A stretch of DNA of 64,000 nt from Sphingomonas sp. (GTDB taxonomy: Bacteria > Pseudomonadota > Alphaproteobacteria > Sphingomonadales > Sphingomonadaceae), in the NCBI RefSeq assembly GCF_035317925.1, contig NZ_DATHFV010000127.1:8412-72411 (forward strand). Reading direction: 5' to 3'. The notes under the pieces were generated by a model. The model saw nothing but the letters and a program-made list of their open reading frames with translations, searched no databases and was not told the DNA's origin. Position numbers and translations under genes: made by a program. Of this stretch, positions 28,800 to 39,060 are shown piece after piece. Positions within the stretch are counted from its first letter, which is position 1; each line of letters starts with the position of its first letter.

Positions 28800-31604
28800 T
28801 TAATTTTGAAGTGCTTCGACGACCAACGCTTCGAGTTTGCTGAGGTCGCCGGTCTTGAGATGAACCCGCAGCACGCGCTGGCCGCGTTCGGCGAGCACGT
28901 CGAGATCGCCGCGCGCCTGTGCCAGCTGGACGATGCCGAAGCTGGCTTTCCGGCCGGGAATGGCCAGATCCGGATCGGGCGTGCGCGTGATTTCCAGGAA
29001 CACGCCGCTCTTGGGCCCGCCCTTGTAGGTCTGGCCGGTCGAGTGGAGGAAACGCGGGCCGAAACCCGCGATCGTCGCGACGCCCTTCGCTTCGACCACC
29101 GCCTCGCGCATGCGGGAAATCGCTTCCTCATGCTCGTCGTTGCGCTCGATATAAGCGAGGAAGCCGACATAGTTTCCGGCGTCCGCGCTGGCGAAATGCG
29201 TGCGCAAAATCTCAACCGGATCGCTCGGCGCGAATTCATGTTCGCCCGGCGCGAAGAAGGCGAGATCGGCATCCTCGTGGAACGCCTTTTCGGGCGCGAG
29301 GCTGCCGGACTTCTCATAGGCATCGACCAGCTCGCGCGTCTTGATCTTGGCGTCCTCGACATCGGGCTGATCGAACGGATCGATCCCGATCACCGCGCCC
29401 GCAATCGCGGTCGCGATCTCCCAGCGGAAGAATTCTTGGCCGATCAGATATTTGTCGGCGAGGCCGATCTTCACCACCGGCTGCCCGGCGGCAATCAATG
29501 CCGCGACATGCTTGTCGAGATCGGGGTCTTCATCGCCTGCAAGGCTCAGCACCGCGAAGATGCGGTCCGCACCATAATCTTCCGCCGGCGATAAAGGTTC
29601 GAGATCGACCGGCACGATGCCCCGGCCATGCTTGCCGGTGGATTCGGCGAGCAATTGCTCGAGCCACGCGCCGATCGGCTCCAGCTCGGGCGTGGTCAGG
29701 ATCGTGACCTTGTCGCGCCCGGCATTGGCCGCCTCGCCCAGGATCACGCCCAGCTGCACGCCCGGATTGACGCCCGGGGGTGCATCGGGGCCGCACGCCT
29801 GCACCATCGGCGCGGTCTTGGCGAAGAAATCGTCGACGTCGATGCCCATCATCGCCGCCGGCACCATACCGAACACCGACAGCACCGAATAACGCCCGCC
29901 GATCGCAGGATCGCCGGGGAAGATGGCCGAATAGCCATGTTCCTTGGCGAGCTTCTCGAGCTTCGAACCCGGATCGGTCACCGCGACGAAACGGTTGCCG
30001 TCCTTGCTCGACAGCTCCCAGAAAAACGCCCGCAGCAATTCGGGCTCCATCGTCGATCCGGACTTGGACGCGACCAGGAACAAAGCTTCCTTGGGATCGA
30101 TCTTGCCCGCGATCGTGGCGATCTGGCCCGGGTCGGTCGAGTCGAGCGCGTGCACGGTCGGGTAGCCCGGTGCCGCACCGATGATCTCGGCCAGCACTTC
30201 CGGCCCGAGGCTGGAGCCGCCCATGCCGAGCAGCACAACATCCTTATGGCCCCTGGCCTTCTTGGCCAGTTCCTTGAGCGCGGCGTGGTCTACCTGCTTG
30301 CCCTGGCCGGCGGCGAGCCAGCCAAGCCATTTGGCTTCGTCGGCACCGGTCCAGACGCTGGCGTCGCCCGCCCACAGCCGGCGCGACCAGCCGGCCGCGC
30401 GCGCCGCCTCGATCGAATCAGTTACCGTTTTTTTTTGAGCCTCCGGCAGCGCCGGTTCCAGGCTGTTGATCTTGTCGCCGGCCAGCTTGACGCGCTTGGC
30501 GGCGATCGCGCCCAGCAGCGCGTCGGCCGCATCGGCGAACAGTTTGACGCCGTCTTCGACCAGGTGCGCGGTCACGCCCGGCAGATCGAGCCCGAGCCGG
30601 TCGGCCTCGGCCAAGGTCTGCTTGGCGGCATCGACATCCGCGTCGAGCGTGCGCTTCACCGTGCCGTGATCGCGAAACGCGTCCATCGTCTTGGGCGGGA
30701 TCGTGTTGACCGTGTCCGGCCCGATCAGATTGTCGAGATAGAGCGTGTCGGGATAGGCCGGATCCTTGACGCCGGTCGACGCCCACAGCAGCCGCTGCGG
30801 TTGCGCGCCCTTGGCGGCGAGCGCCTGCCAGCGCGGCGACTTCACGAAATTCAGATACCATTGATACGCCATCTTGGCGTTGGCGATCGCGACCTTGCCG
30901 CGCACCGCCTTCAAGGCGTCCGCATCCTTGTCGCCTGCGGCGAGACGCGCGTCGATCTTCTTGTCGATCTGCGCGTCGATCCGGCTGACGAAGAAGCTCG
31001 CGACGCTCGCGATCTTGTCTACGCCCAAGCCCTTCTTCACGCGCGCTTCGAGCCCGGCGGTGAACGCTTCGGCAACCGCGATGTAGGCCTCCAGGCTGAA
31101 CAGCAACGTGACATTGATGTTGAGCCCGTCCTCGATCAACTGCGCGATCGCGGGCGTGCCGGCCTTGGTGCCCGGCACCTTGATCATCAGGTTCGACTTG
31201 GCGATCTGCTTCCACAGCCGGCGCGCTTCCTCGACCGTGCCGGCGGTGTCGTTGGCGAGGTAGGGCGAGACCTCCATGCTGACATAGCCGTCATGCGTGC
31301 CGGTCTTGTCATAGACCGGGCGCAGCGTGTCGGCCGCATTCTGGATGTCGCTGATCGCCAGCGCCTCGTACGTGTCGGTCACCGACGCTTGCGGGTTGGC
31401 CTTCACGAAGCTCTGGAACTGCTCGTCATAGGCCTCGCCCTGGCCCATCGCCTTCTCGAAGATGGACGGGTTGGAGGTGACGCCGGTGACGCCGTCCTCC
31501 GCGACCAGCTTCTTGAGGCCGCCCTCGTTGAGGAAGCCGCGGTCGACGAAATCGAGCCACGGCGCCTGGCCGCTGGCACGGAGCTGTTCGAGCAGAGAGG
31601 TCAT
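28800..31604 (-). CDS. Bifunctional transaldolase/phosphoglucose isomerase
   Basis: N-terminal GVTSNPSIF, LMIKVPGT, ASFFVSRID; C-terminal GMGGSSLG, SKSGST, GGRYS, AESTGK and DQPDVE. Confidence 0.95.
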   Translation of the reverse strand: MTSLLEQLRASGQAPWLDFVDRGFLNEGGLKKLVAEDGVTGVTSNPSIFEKAMGQGEAYDEQFQSFVKANPQASVTDTYEALAISDIQNAADTLRPVYDKTGTHDGYVSMEVSPYLANDTAGTVEEARRLWKQIAKSNLMIKVPGTKAGTPAIAQLIEDGLNINVTLLFSLEAYIAVAEAFTAGLEARVKKGLGVDKIASVASFFVSRIDAQIDKKIDARLAAGDKDADALKAVRGKVAIANAKMAYQWYLNFVKSPRWQALAAKGAQPQRLLWASTGVKDPAYPDTLYLDNLIGPDTVNTIPPKTMDAFRDHGTVKRTLDADVDAAKQTLAEADRLGLDLPGVTAHLVEDGVKLFADAADALLGAIAAKRVKLAGDKINSLEPALPEAQKKTVTDSIEAARAAGWSRRLWAGDASVWTGADEAKWLGWLAAGQGKQVDHAALKELAKKARGHKDVVLLGMGGSSLGPEVLAEIIGAAPGYPTVHALDSTDPGQIATIAGKIDPKEALFLVASKSGSTMEPELLRAFFWELSSKDGNRFVAVTDPGSKLEKLAKEHGYSAIFPGDPAIGGRYSVLSVFGMVPAAMMGIDVDDFFAKTAPMVQACGPDAPPGVNPGVQLGVILGEAANAGRDKVTILTTPELEPIGAWLEQLLAESTGKHGRGIVPVDLEPLSPAEDYGADRIFAVLSLAGDEDPDLDKHVAALIAAGQPVVKIGLADKYLIGQEFFRWEIATAIAGAVIGIDPFDQPDVEDAKIKTRELVDAYEKSGSLAPEKAFHEDADLAFFAPGEHEFAPSDPVEILRTHFASADAGNYVGFLAYIERNDEHEEAISRMREAVVEAKGVATIAGFGPRFLHSTGQTYKGGPKSGVFLEITRTPDPDLAIPGRKASFGIVQLAQARGDLDVLAERGQRVLRVHLKTGDLSKLEALVVEALQN

Positions 31605-31607
31605 TGC

Positions 31608-33680
31608 TTACTTGCCCTTTCCGAGCATCTCGTTGGCCACCTGGACGACATGGTCCGCGGTGAAACCGAACTTGTCCTGCAATTTGGCGAGCGGTGCCGA
31701 TGCACCGAAGCTGTGCATGGTGATGGTGCGGCCCTGGCCACCGACATAGCGGTCCCAGCCGATCTCGCTGCCCATCTCGACCGCGATCCGCGCGGTCACC
31801 TTGGGCGGCAGCACCTTGTCCTTATAGGCCTGGTCCTGCTTCTCGAAGAGGTACCAGCTCGGCATGGACACAACCTGGGAACGCACGCCCGCTTCGACAA
31901 GCTTCTCATGGGCGGCGACGACCAGGCTGACTTCGGATCCGGTGCCGATCAGCACGACCTCCGGATCGTCCGCGCCGGCGAGCACATAGGCGCCCTTCAT
32001 CAGGCCTTCGGCGCTCGCATATTTCGACCGGTCGAGCGTCGGCATCGCCTGGCGCGAGAAGATGAGCGCGGTCGGCTGGTCGCCCGATTTCAGCGCGGCC
32101 CGCCACGCCCACGCGGTCTCGTTCGCATCGCCCGGCCGGATCACGTCGAGCCCGGGGATCGCGCGCAAGGCAACGAGCTGCTCGATCGGCTGGTGGGTCG
32201 GGCCGTCCTCGCCGACGCCGATCGAATCGTGCGTGAACACGAACGCGACGCCGATCTCCATGATCGCGGCCAGCCGGATCGGCGGCCGCATATAATCGGA
32301 AAAGACCATGAAGGTCGCCGAGTAGGATCGCAGATGCGACAGCGCCATGCCGTTGACCGCCGCGCCCATGCCATGTTCGCGCACGCCGAAATGCAGGTTG
32401 CGCGCGTCGTAGCTCGCCGCCTGGAACGAGCCGCCATTGTCGATCAAGGTCTTGGTCGATGGCGCCAGATCGGCCGATCCGCCGACCAGCCAGGGCAGCT
32501 TGGGCGCAATCGCATTGAGCACCTTGCCGCCCGCATCGCGCGTCGCCATGCCCTTCTCGTCGGCGGGGAAGGTCGGGATATCCGCATCCCAGCCCTCGGG
32601 CAATTTGTCCGAAAACAAGGCATCGAGCTCCTTGCCCAACGCCGGTTCCGCCGCTTTGTAGCGCGCCAGCATGGCTTCCCACGCCTCGCGCAGCGGCTTG
32701 CCGCGCCCGGAGATCGCCGCATGGAAGCGCTCGGCGACGCCGTCGGGCACCAGGAACTCGGCATCGGGCCAGCCATAGGCCTTCTTGGTGCCGGCAATGT
32801 CCTCATGCGTCATCGCCTCGCCGTGCGCCTTGGCAGTGCCCGCGATCGAGCTGCCGAAGCCGATGATCGAATGGACGACGATGAAGGTCGGCTTGTCGTC
32901 GGTCTGCTTGAATGTCTCGATCGCGGCGGCGATCGCCTTGGTGTCATTGCCGTCGTTCACATGGATGACATTCCACCCATAAGCCTGGAAGCGCTTGCCG
33001 ACATCCTCGTCGAAGGCGAGATCGGTACCGCCCTCGATCGACACATGGTTCGAATCGTAGAGCCAGCACAGGTTCGAAAGCTTGAGGTGCCCGGCCAGGC
33101 TCGCCGCCTCGCTCGCGACGCCCTCCATCATGTCGCCATCGCCGCACAGCGTATAGATATCGTGGTCGAACAGGGTGAACCCATCGCGATTGTAGCGCGC
33201 GGCCAACCAGCGCTCGGCGATCGCCATGCCGACCGAATTGCCGCAACCCTGGCCGAGCGGGCCGGTGGTCGTCTCGACGCCGGTGGTGTGGCGATATTCG
33301 GGGTGGCCCGGCGTTTTCGAGCCGAGCTGGCGGAAATTCTTGATGTCGTCGAGGCTGACCGCTTCGGCGCCGCTCAACTTGCCGTTCTTGTCGATCTCCC
33401 TGATCCCGGCGAGGTGGATCAGCGAATAAAGCAGCATCGATGCATGGCCGACCGACAGCACGAAGCGGTCGCGGTTGGGCCAGTCGGGCTTGTCCGGATC
33501 GGTCCGCAGGAATTGCGACCAGAGCGTGTAGCCGACCGGCGCCGCTCCCATCGGCGTGCCGATATGGCCCGACTTCGCCTTGGCGACCGCGTCCATCGAC
33601 AAGGTGCGGATCGTATCGATGCCAAGCCGGTCGGGCGAGCCGTCCTCATGAACGCTGGAGGAGGCAGTGCTGGTCGACAT
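31608..33680 (-). CDS. tkt: Transketolase
   Basis: SGHIGTPMG, RDRFVLSVGH, TPGHPE, GDGDMMEG and GEDGPTHQP; AAGAAGGG RBS before ATG 33680. Confidence 0.96.
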   Translation of the reverse strand: MSTSTASSSVHEDGSPDRLGIDTIRTLSMDAVAKAKSGHIGTPMGAAPVGYTLWSQFLRTDPDKPDWPNRDRFVLSVGHASMLLYSLIHLAGIREIDKNGKLSGAEAVSLDDIKNFRQLGSKTPGHPEYRHTTGVETTTGPLGQGCGNSVGMAIAERWLAARYNRDGFTLFDHDIYTLCGDGDMMEGVASEAASLAGHLKLSNLCWLYDSNHVSIEGGTDLAFDEDVGKRFQAYGWNVIHVNDGNDTKAIAAAIETFKQTDDKPTFIVVHSIIGFGSSIAGTAKAHGEAMTHEDIAGTKKAYGWPDAEFLVPDGVAERFHAAISGRGKPLREAWEAMLARYKAAEPALGKELDALFSDKLPEGWDADIPTFPADEKGMATRDAGGKVLNAIAPKLPWLVGGSADLAPSTKTLIDNGGSFQAASYDARNLHFGVREHGMGAAVNGMALSHLRSYSATFMVFSDYMRPPIRLAAIMEIGVAFVFTHDSIGVGEDGPTHQPIEQLVALRAIPGLDVIRPGDANETAWAWRAALKSGDQPTALIFSRQAMPTLDRSKYASAEGLMKGAYVLAGADDPEVVLIGTGSEVSLVVAAHEKLVEAGVRSQVVSMPSWYLFEKQDQAYKDKVLPPKVTARIAVEMGSEIGWDRYVGGQGRTITMHSFGASAPLAKLQDKFGFTADHVVQVANEMLGKGK

Positions 33681-33794
33681 GTGATTCCCTTCTTTGCGGG
33701 GTCGGGCAGACAGGATGGGCCGATAGACCCTTCTTGAACGCACGCGCAACGGCTGGCGCGCATCTATGCGCCAAACTTGCAAGCCGGAGCGGCT

Positions 33795-34481
33795 TTAGGA
33801 TGCGACAGGCCGTTCCTTCAAGGTAACGCTACCATTTTTCGCCAGGTACAAACCGTCAATCTCGTCGATGAAAAGTCCGTGCCCGACCATGCCGGGAATC
33901 GATGACAGGGATGCGGCAAGCGCGCCCGGATCGGCGATCGCGCCGAAGTGGCAATCGAAGATCAGATTGTCCTGATCGGTGCGGTACGGCGCGCCGTCCT
34001 TCGTGCGCAGCACGACCCGCGCACCGAGTTCAGTGAGCGCGCCTTCGACAAAGCTTTGCGCGAACGGCAAGGTCTCGCACGGCACCGGCGCGGCACCCAA
34101 CATCGCGACCGTTTTCGATCCGTCGGCGATCACCACCATCCGCGCGGCCGATGCGGCGACGCACTTCTCGCGCAGCATCGCGCCGCCCGCGCCCTTGATC
34201 GCGCGCAACTGGGGATCGATCTCGTCCGCGCCGTCGATCGCGAGGTCGATATGCGCGACGTCCGAAAAGGGTAGGACCGGTATGCCGAGTCCCTGCGCCT
34301 GCCTTTCGCTCGCAAGCGAGGTCACGACCGCGCGGAAGCGCAGCCCCTGCGCGAAACGGCGGCCCAGCTCGTCGATCAGAAAAGCGGCGGTCGATCCCGT
34401 GCCCATGCCGACCAGCATCCCCGCCTTGACCTCATCGGCGGCGGCGAGGGCAGCGATCTTCTTGTCGTCGTCCTGGGACAT
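33795..34481 (-). CDS. rpiA: Ribose-5-phosphate isomerase A
   Basis: GMGTGSTA, DGADEID and KGAGGAMLREK. Confidence 0.96.
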   Translation of the reverse strand: MSQDDDKKIAALAAADEVKAGMLVGMGTGSTAAFLIDELGRRFAQGLRFRAVVTSLASERQAQGLGIPVLPFSDVAHIDLAIDGADEIDPQLRAIKGAGGAMLREKCVAASAARMVVIADGSKTVAMLGAAPVPCETLPFAQSFVEGALTELGARVVLRTKDGAPYRTDQDNLIFDCHFGAIADPGALAASLSSIPGMVGHGLFIDEIDGLYLAKNGSVTLKERPVAS

Positions 34482-34690
34482 CGGGCGTCAAATGCGCCCT
34501 CCGCGCCGCGCCCGCAACCGTCATCCCGACGCCGACGTCATGACAATAATATCGCTCCAAAACTTAAGAATAACCAAGACAACAACCATTTTGGTTGTTT
34601 AATGGATACTGTGAATCGGCCAACCAATTGTTAACTTAAAAATAAAAATGCAACTATAGCTCTGACATTCAGTTGAATTCTCCAGATTAT

Positions 34691-34960
34691 ATGGGTCGGG
34701 AGCGGGCAGTGGCATCCAGTGCGAGACTTTACGAGTCCCCGGCGCAGCCGGTGGCAGCGGCGGGCGCGCCCCGTATGCGCGCAATTATTGAGCCAAACCT
34801 CGTCCCGATACGGAACGACGAGACGCGCGTTCGGCTGCTTTTTGATCCGCCTGAAGCCGACCGACGCTGGCCCGCGCCCGCGCGACTTGCTGTCATCTTC
34901 GGTTGTGCCGCCGCCTGCTGGGCGATGATCGGCGTGCCCTTATTGCTGATCTGGGGATAA
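34691..34960 (+). CDS. Small membrane protein, start uncertain
   Basis: C-terminal hydrophobic helix LAVIFGCAAACWAMIGVPLLLIWG; ends 4 nt before the next gene. Confidence 0.5.
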   Translation: MGRERAVASSARLYESPAQPVAAAGAPRMRAIIEPNLVPIRNDETRVRLLFDPPEADRRWPAPARLAVIFGCAAACWAMIGVPLLLIWG

Positions 34961-34964
34961 GCCG

Positions 34965-37160
34965 GTGGCTTCCGTAATCGGAAAATCCAGAGAGCAAAGA
35001 CGGGCGGAAGACGAGATATCCAAATTGCAGGACGAACTCGGCCCGTTCGTCACTGCCGCGGAATCGACGCGGATGCCGATGATTTTCACGAATGCGCAGT
35101 CGGCGGGCCATCCGATCATTTTCGCGAACAACAGCTTTCTCGACCTGGTCGGCTATTCCCGGGAGGAACTGCTTGGCAAGGATTTCGGCTTCCTCACGGC
35201 GCGGGATGCCGATTACGAGACGATCACCGGCGAGAAAAATCAGTTCGACCGCAAGATTCACGACGATCTGGAGGCGATGTTCCGGCGCAAGGACGGAAGC
35301 AATTTCTGGGCGGCCATCTTCATCAGTCCGGTGCTCGATGCGGCGGGCAACGTGGTCCAGCACTTTCTGTCGCTGATAAATCTGACGAAATACAAGAGGT
35401 CGGTCGAGGCGCTGCGCTTCAGCGAGGGGCGCTTTCGCATGGCCGCGACCGCGGCCCGGCTCGGCGTCGCCGACATCAACCTTGTCACCTACGAGGAACA
35501 TTGGTCGATCGAGCTGTGCGACATGCTCGGCGTTCCGCGTGATACGACCCCCAGCATGGCGGCCTATCTGGCGCTGATCCATCCGGACGATCGGGACATG
35601 GCCAGTGATGTGCATATTCGATCGCTGCAAGGCGAGGCGATCGAAGGCGACCATGGCGCGTATCGCATCATCCGGGCCAGCGACGGTGCCGTGCGCTGGA
35701 TCGCCAGCGAACGGCACGCGATGCACGACAGCGAAGGCGCGGTCATCCGCGTCGTCGTGACCAATCTCGATGTAACGGACACCAAGGCCGAACATGACCG
35801 CGTCGTGTGGACCGCGACGCACGATTCGGTGACGGGGCTGCCGAACCGGGCGTACTTCCGAACCGAACTCGAAGCCGCGCTGGCGACCGCGACGGCACAG
35901 GACGGTGTGGTCAGTTTGCTGCTGATCGATCTCGATCGTTTCAAGCATATCAACGATCTGCTTGGCCACCAGGCCGGCGACGACGCGCTTTCGGTATTCG
36001 CCGGCAGGGTCGCGGCGGTCATGCCGGGGATGGCCACGCTCGCCCGTCTTGGCGGCGACGAGTTCGCCGCGATCCTGCCGGGGGTGGATATCGCGGCCGC
36101 CGCAGCGATCGCGCAGCGTCTGCTGAGTCGGCTCAAATCGCCCTTTTCCGTCAGCGAACGCGATATCGATCTGCACGCCAGCATCGGCATCAGCGCCTTT
36201 CCCCAGCATGGCAAAGGGCCGTCGCAATTGATCCATAGCGCCGATCTGGCGCTCTATGCGGCCAAGAAGGCCGGCGGCGCGCGCGCGCGCACCTTCGCGC
36301 CGGAACTACGCCATGAACGGCAGCGGCAGTTGTCGATGCTCCGGCACGCCCGGACCGTGCTCGACAATGACTGGATCGAACCTTTCTATCAGCCCAAGAT
36401 CGCTCTCGCGACCGGCCGGGTTGCCGGCTTCGAAGCGTTGTTGCGCTGGCGCCATCCGCGCGTCGGTCTGCAACTGCCCCGAACGATTGCCTATGCGTTC
36501 GACGATATTAATACGGCCGGCCTTTTGGGCGGCACGATGGCGGAGGCGGTGCTGTCGGATATTCGCCGCTGGATGGATCGGGATATCGCTATCGGCAAGA
36601 TCGCGATGAACGCTTCGGCCGCGGAGCTGCGGGATCCCGCTTATGCCGAAAGGCTGCTCGGCCGGCTCGACAGGCATTGCATCCCCCCCGCCATGATCGA
36701 GCTCGAAATCACGGAGACGGCGTTCCTCGATGACCGCGCCTGCAACGTGATCGTGATGCTCTCCACATTGCGTGCGGCGGGCATGACCGTCGCTCTGGAC
36801 GATTTCGGCACCGGCTTTTCCTCGCTCTCGCACATCCGCGATTTCCCGGTCGACACGATCAAGATCGACAGCTCGTTCGTTGCGGGAATCGATACCAGCC
36901 CCCGGGATCGCGCGATTACCGAAGCCGTGCTGGCGCTGGGCTCGGCGCTGGGCATGACCACCGTCGCTGAAGGCGTCGAAACGCAGGCGCAGGCCGATTT
37001 CCTTGTCGCCCACGGTTGCCAGCTCGGCCAGGGCTTCCTGTTTGCGCCCGCGATCGAAGCGGCCACGGTCGAAGACTTGGTGACGCGCAAATTTTCGGTG
37101 CGCGAACTGTCGGTTGTCAGGTCGCACGCCCTGAAGGCGCGCGCGTCTCAAGTTGCATAA
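34965..37160 (+). CDS. PAS-PAS-GGDEF-EAL c-di-GMP enzyme
   Basis: HDSVTGLPNR, DLDRFKHINDLLGH, RLGGDEF; FEALLRW, ELEITE, DDFGTGFSSL, AEGVET and QGF. Confidence 0.95.
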   Translation: MASVIGKSREQRRAEDEISKLQDELGPFVTAAESTRMPMIFTNAQSAGHPIIFANNSFLDLVGYSREELLGKDFGFLTARDADYETITGEKNQFDRKIHDDLEAMFRRKDGSNFWAAIFISPVLDAAGNVVQHFLSLINLTKYKRSVEALRFSEGRFRMAATAARLGVADINLVTYEEHWSIELCDMLGVPRDTTPSMAAYLALIHPDDRDMASDVHIRSLQGEAIEGDHGAYRIIRASDGAVRWIASERHAMHDSEGAVIRVVVTNLDVTDTKAEHDRVVWTATHDSVTGLPNRAYFRTELEAALATATAQDGVVSLLLIDLDRFKHINDLLGHQAGDDALSVFAGRVAAVMPGMATLARLGGDEFAAILPGVDIAAAAAIAQRLLSRLKSPFSVSERDIDLHASIGISAFPQHGKGPSQLIHSADLALYAAKKAGGARARTFAPELRHERQRQLSMLRHARTVLDNDWIEPFYQPKIALATGRVAGFEALLRWRHPRVGLQLPRTIAYAFDDINTAGLLGGTMAEAVLSDIRRWMDRDIAIGKIAMNASAAELRDPAYAERLLGRLDRHCIPPAMIELEITETAFLDDRACNVIVMLSTLRAAGMTVALDDFGTGFSSLSHIRDFPVDTIKIDSSFVAGIDTSPRDRAITEAVLALGSALGMTTVAEGVETQAQADFLVAHGCQLGQGFLFAPAIEAATVEDLVTRKFSVRELSVVRSHALKARASQVA

Positions 37161-37221
37161 GACGGGCCGGCCGATGCCGCCGGGCATCGGCTGAGACAGC
37201 GCCAGCCGGCGGTCGCGCGCC

Positions 37222-38109
37222 TCAACGGCCCTGGAAATAGCCGGCGTCGTTCATGTCTTGCAGCAAAGTCGGCCCGCTGGGTTCCCAACCGAGCAGCGCC
37301 CGCGTGCGCGCGCTCGATGCCGGAACATCCATGCCCGCGAACATCGCGAACCAGCCGAAATGCGCCTGTGCCTCTTCCGGAGACAAAGCGGTAATCGGTA
37401 CGCCCAGATGATGCCCGATCGTCTCGGCGATCGCCTTGAACGGCACGCCTTCTTCCGCGATCGCATGATAGGGGCCATCGGTCGCACCCCGCTCGAGCGC
37501 GAGGCGATAGACGCGCGCCGCGTCGAAGCGGTGCGCGGCCGGCCAGCGATTGCTGCCGTCGCCGACATAGGCCGAGACGCCTTTCTCCCGCGCAAGATTG
37601 ATCAGGAACGGCACGAAGCCATGATCCCCCGTGCCATGGGTCGATGGTGGCAGCCGCACGCTCGTCGCGCGGACGCCGCGCTCCGCCACGGCCGCCGCTG
37701 CCGCTTCGGAACGGCGCGGGAAGGCGGGGCTGGGATTATCGGCCTCGCTCGCCAGCCGGCCTTCCGCCAGCAGCGCGAGGCCGGAGGTGACGAGCAGCGG
37801 GCGCTGCGATCCTTCCAGTACCTCGCCGATCGTCTCGATCGCGCGGCGATCCTCTTCGCAATTTTCGATGAATTTCGAGAAATCGTGATTGAACGCGGCG
37901 TGGATCACGCCATCGGCCTCGGCCGCGCCGCGCCGGAGGCTGTCGAGGTCGCCGACTCCGCCGCGCTGGACCGCGGCGCCCGCGCGCGCAAGCGCCTCGG
38001 CGCTGGCGTCAGACCGCGCGAGGCCGAGCACCTGATGGCCCGCCCCCACCAATTCCTGGACGATCGCCGATCCGACGAAGCCCGTGGCGCCGGTGATGAA
38101 AACGCGCAT
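37222..38109 (-). CDS. NAD-dependent epimerase/dehydratase family oxidoreductase
   Basis: [20 protein letters not shown] and NRWPAAH. Confidence 0.9.
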   Translation of the reverse strand: MRVFITGATGFVGSAIVQELVGAGHQVLGLARSDASAEALARAGAAVQRGGVGDLDSLRRGAAEADGVIHAAFNHDFSKFIENCEEDRRAIETIGEVLEGSQRPLLVTSGLALLAEGRLASEADNPSPAFPRRSEAAAAAVAERGVRATSVRLPPSTHGTGDHGFVPFLINLAREKGVSAYVGDGSNRWPAAHRFDAARVYRLALERGATDGPYHAIAEEGVPFKAIAETIGHHLGVPITALSPEEAQAHFGWFAMFAGMDVPASSARTRALLGWEPSGPTLLQDMNDAGYFQGR

Positions 38110-38200
38110 ACCAATCTCCTGTTCGCTCTAGGCGATCTTCATGCGGCGCTGTATCATCCTGTTAAAGTAGTGACATTATCAGGGTATAAAGACTAACAGG

Positions 38201-39025
38201 ATGGCCGCGACCCCCCACGACAATCCGCTCGGTTTCTATCTCAAGGACCGGCGCACCAGGCTCGATCCGGCAGCGTTCGGCTTTTCGGGTACGCGCCGGC
38301 GTACGCCTGGCTTGCGCCGCGAGGAGGTAGCCCAACGCGCCAATATCAGTCCCACCTGGTACACCTGGCTCGAACAGGGACGGGGCGGCGCGCCGTCGGC
38401 CGACGTGCTCGACCGGATCGCGCGTGCGCTGATGCTGACCGAGGTCGAGCGCGAACATCTCTTCCTTTTGGGACTCGGGCGTCCGCCCGAGGTCCACTAC
38501 AAACCCGCCGAGGGCGTGACCCCGCGTCTGCAGCGTCTGCTCGACGCACTCGATGTCAGCCCGGCGCTGGTGAAGACGGCTTTGTGGGATGTGGTCGCCT
38601 GGAACCGCGCCGCGGCGGTCGTGCTCACCGATTATGGCGCGCTGCCGCCCGACCAGCGCAACATCCTGCGCATGATCTTCCTCGATCCACGCGTCCGCGC
38701 CGCGCAATTCGATTGGGACAGCGTCGCGCGCTTCGTCGTCAGCGCGTTCCGGGCGGATGCCGCGCGGGCCGGCGCGAGCGCCGAGGTCGAGCCGCTGGTC
38801 GCCGAACTATGCAGGCTGAGTCCCGAATTCGACACGATGTGGCGCGACAACGACGTTCGTACCTACGGCGACGGGATCAAGCATCTCCGTCACCCGATCC
38901 TGGGCCCGATCGCATTCGAATATTCGTCTTTCGTCGTCGATGGCCGGCCCGATCTCACCATGGTGGTCTATAATCCGGCGACCGCGGAAGACGGGGATAG
39001 GGTGAGATCGTTGCTGGACCAATAG
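38201..39025 (+). CDS. XRE-HTH/MmyB-like transcriptional regulator
   Basis: RRRTPGLRREEVAQRANISPTWYTWLEQGR plus ligand-binding domain; divergent from the oxidoreductase. Confidence 0.93.
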   Translation: MAATPHDNPLGFYLKDRRTRLDPAAFGFSGTRRRTPGLRREEVAQRANISPTWYTWLEQGRGGAPSADVLDRIARALMLTEVEREHLFLLGLGRPPEVHYKPAEGVTPRLQRLLDALDVSPALVKTALWDVVAWNRAAAVVLTDYGALPPDQRNILRMIFLDPRVRAAQFDWDSVARFVVSAFRADAARAGASAEVEPLVAELCRLSPEFDTMWRDNDVRTYGDGIKHLRHPILGPIAFEYSSFVVDGRPDLTMVVYNPATAEDGDRVRSLLDQ

Positions 39026-39060
39026 GGCGCAGGCCAAGGCGGAACCGGTCGAAGGAGGTC

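Noticed and set aside
29628-33737. 1369-aa plus-strand ORF and other long antisense ORFs (1259-3469, 13333-15075, 20334-23108, 27825-29594, 48598-50466, 55995-58481)
   Set aside because: Shadow frames opposite well-supported genes, expected in high-GC DNA, with no recognisable motifs.
37170-37191. Hairpin GCCGATGCC-GCCG-GGCATCGGC between convergent genes
   Set aside because: No U-tract and no match to the repeat families; probably an ordinary 3'-end structure.
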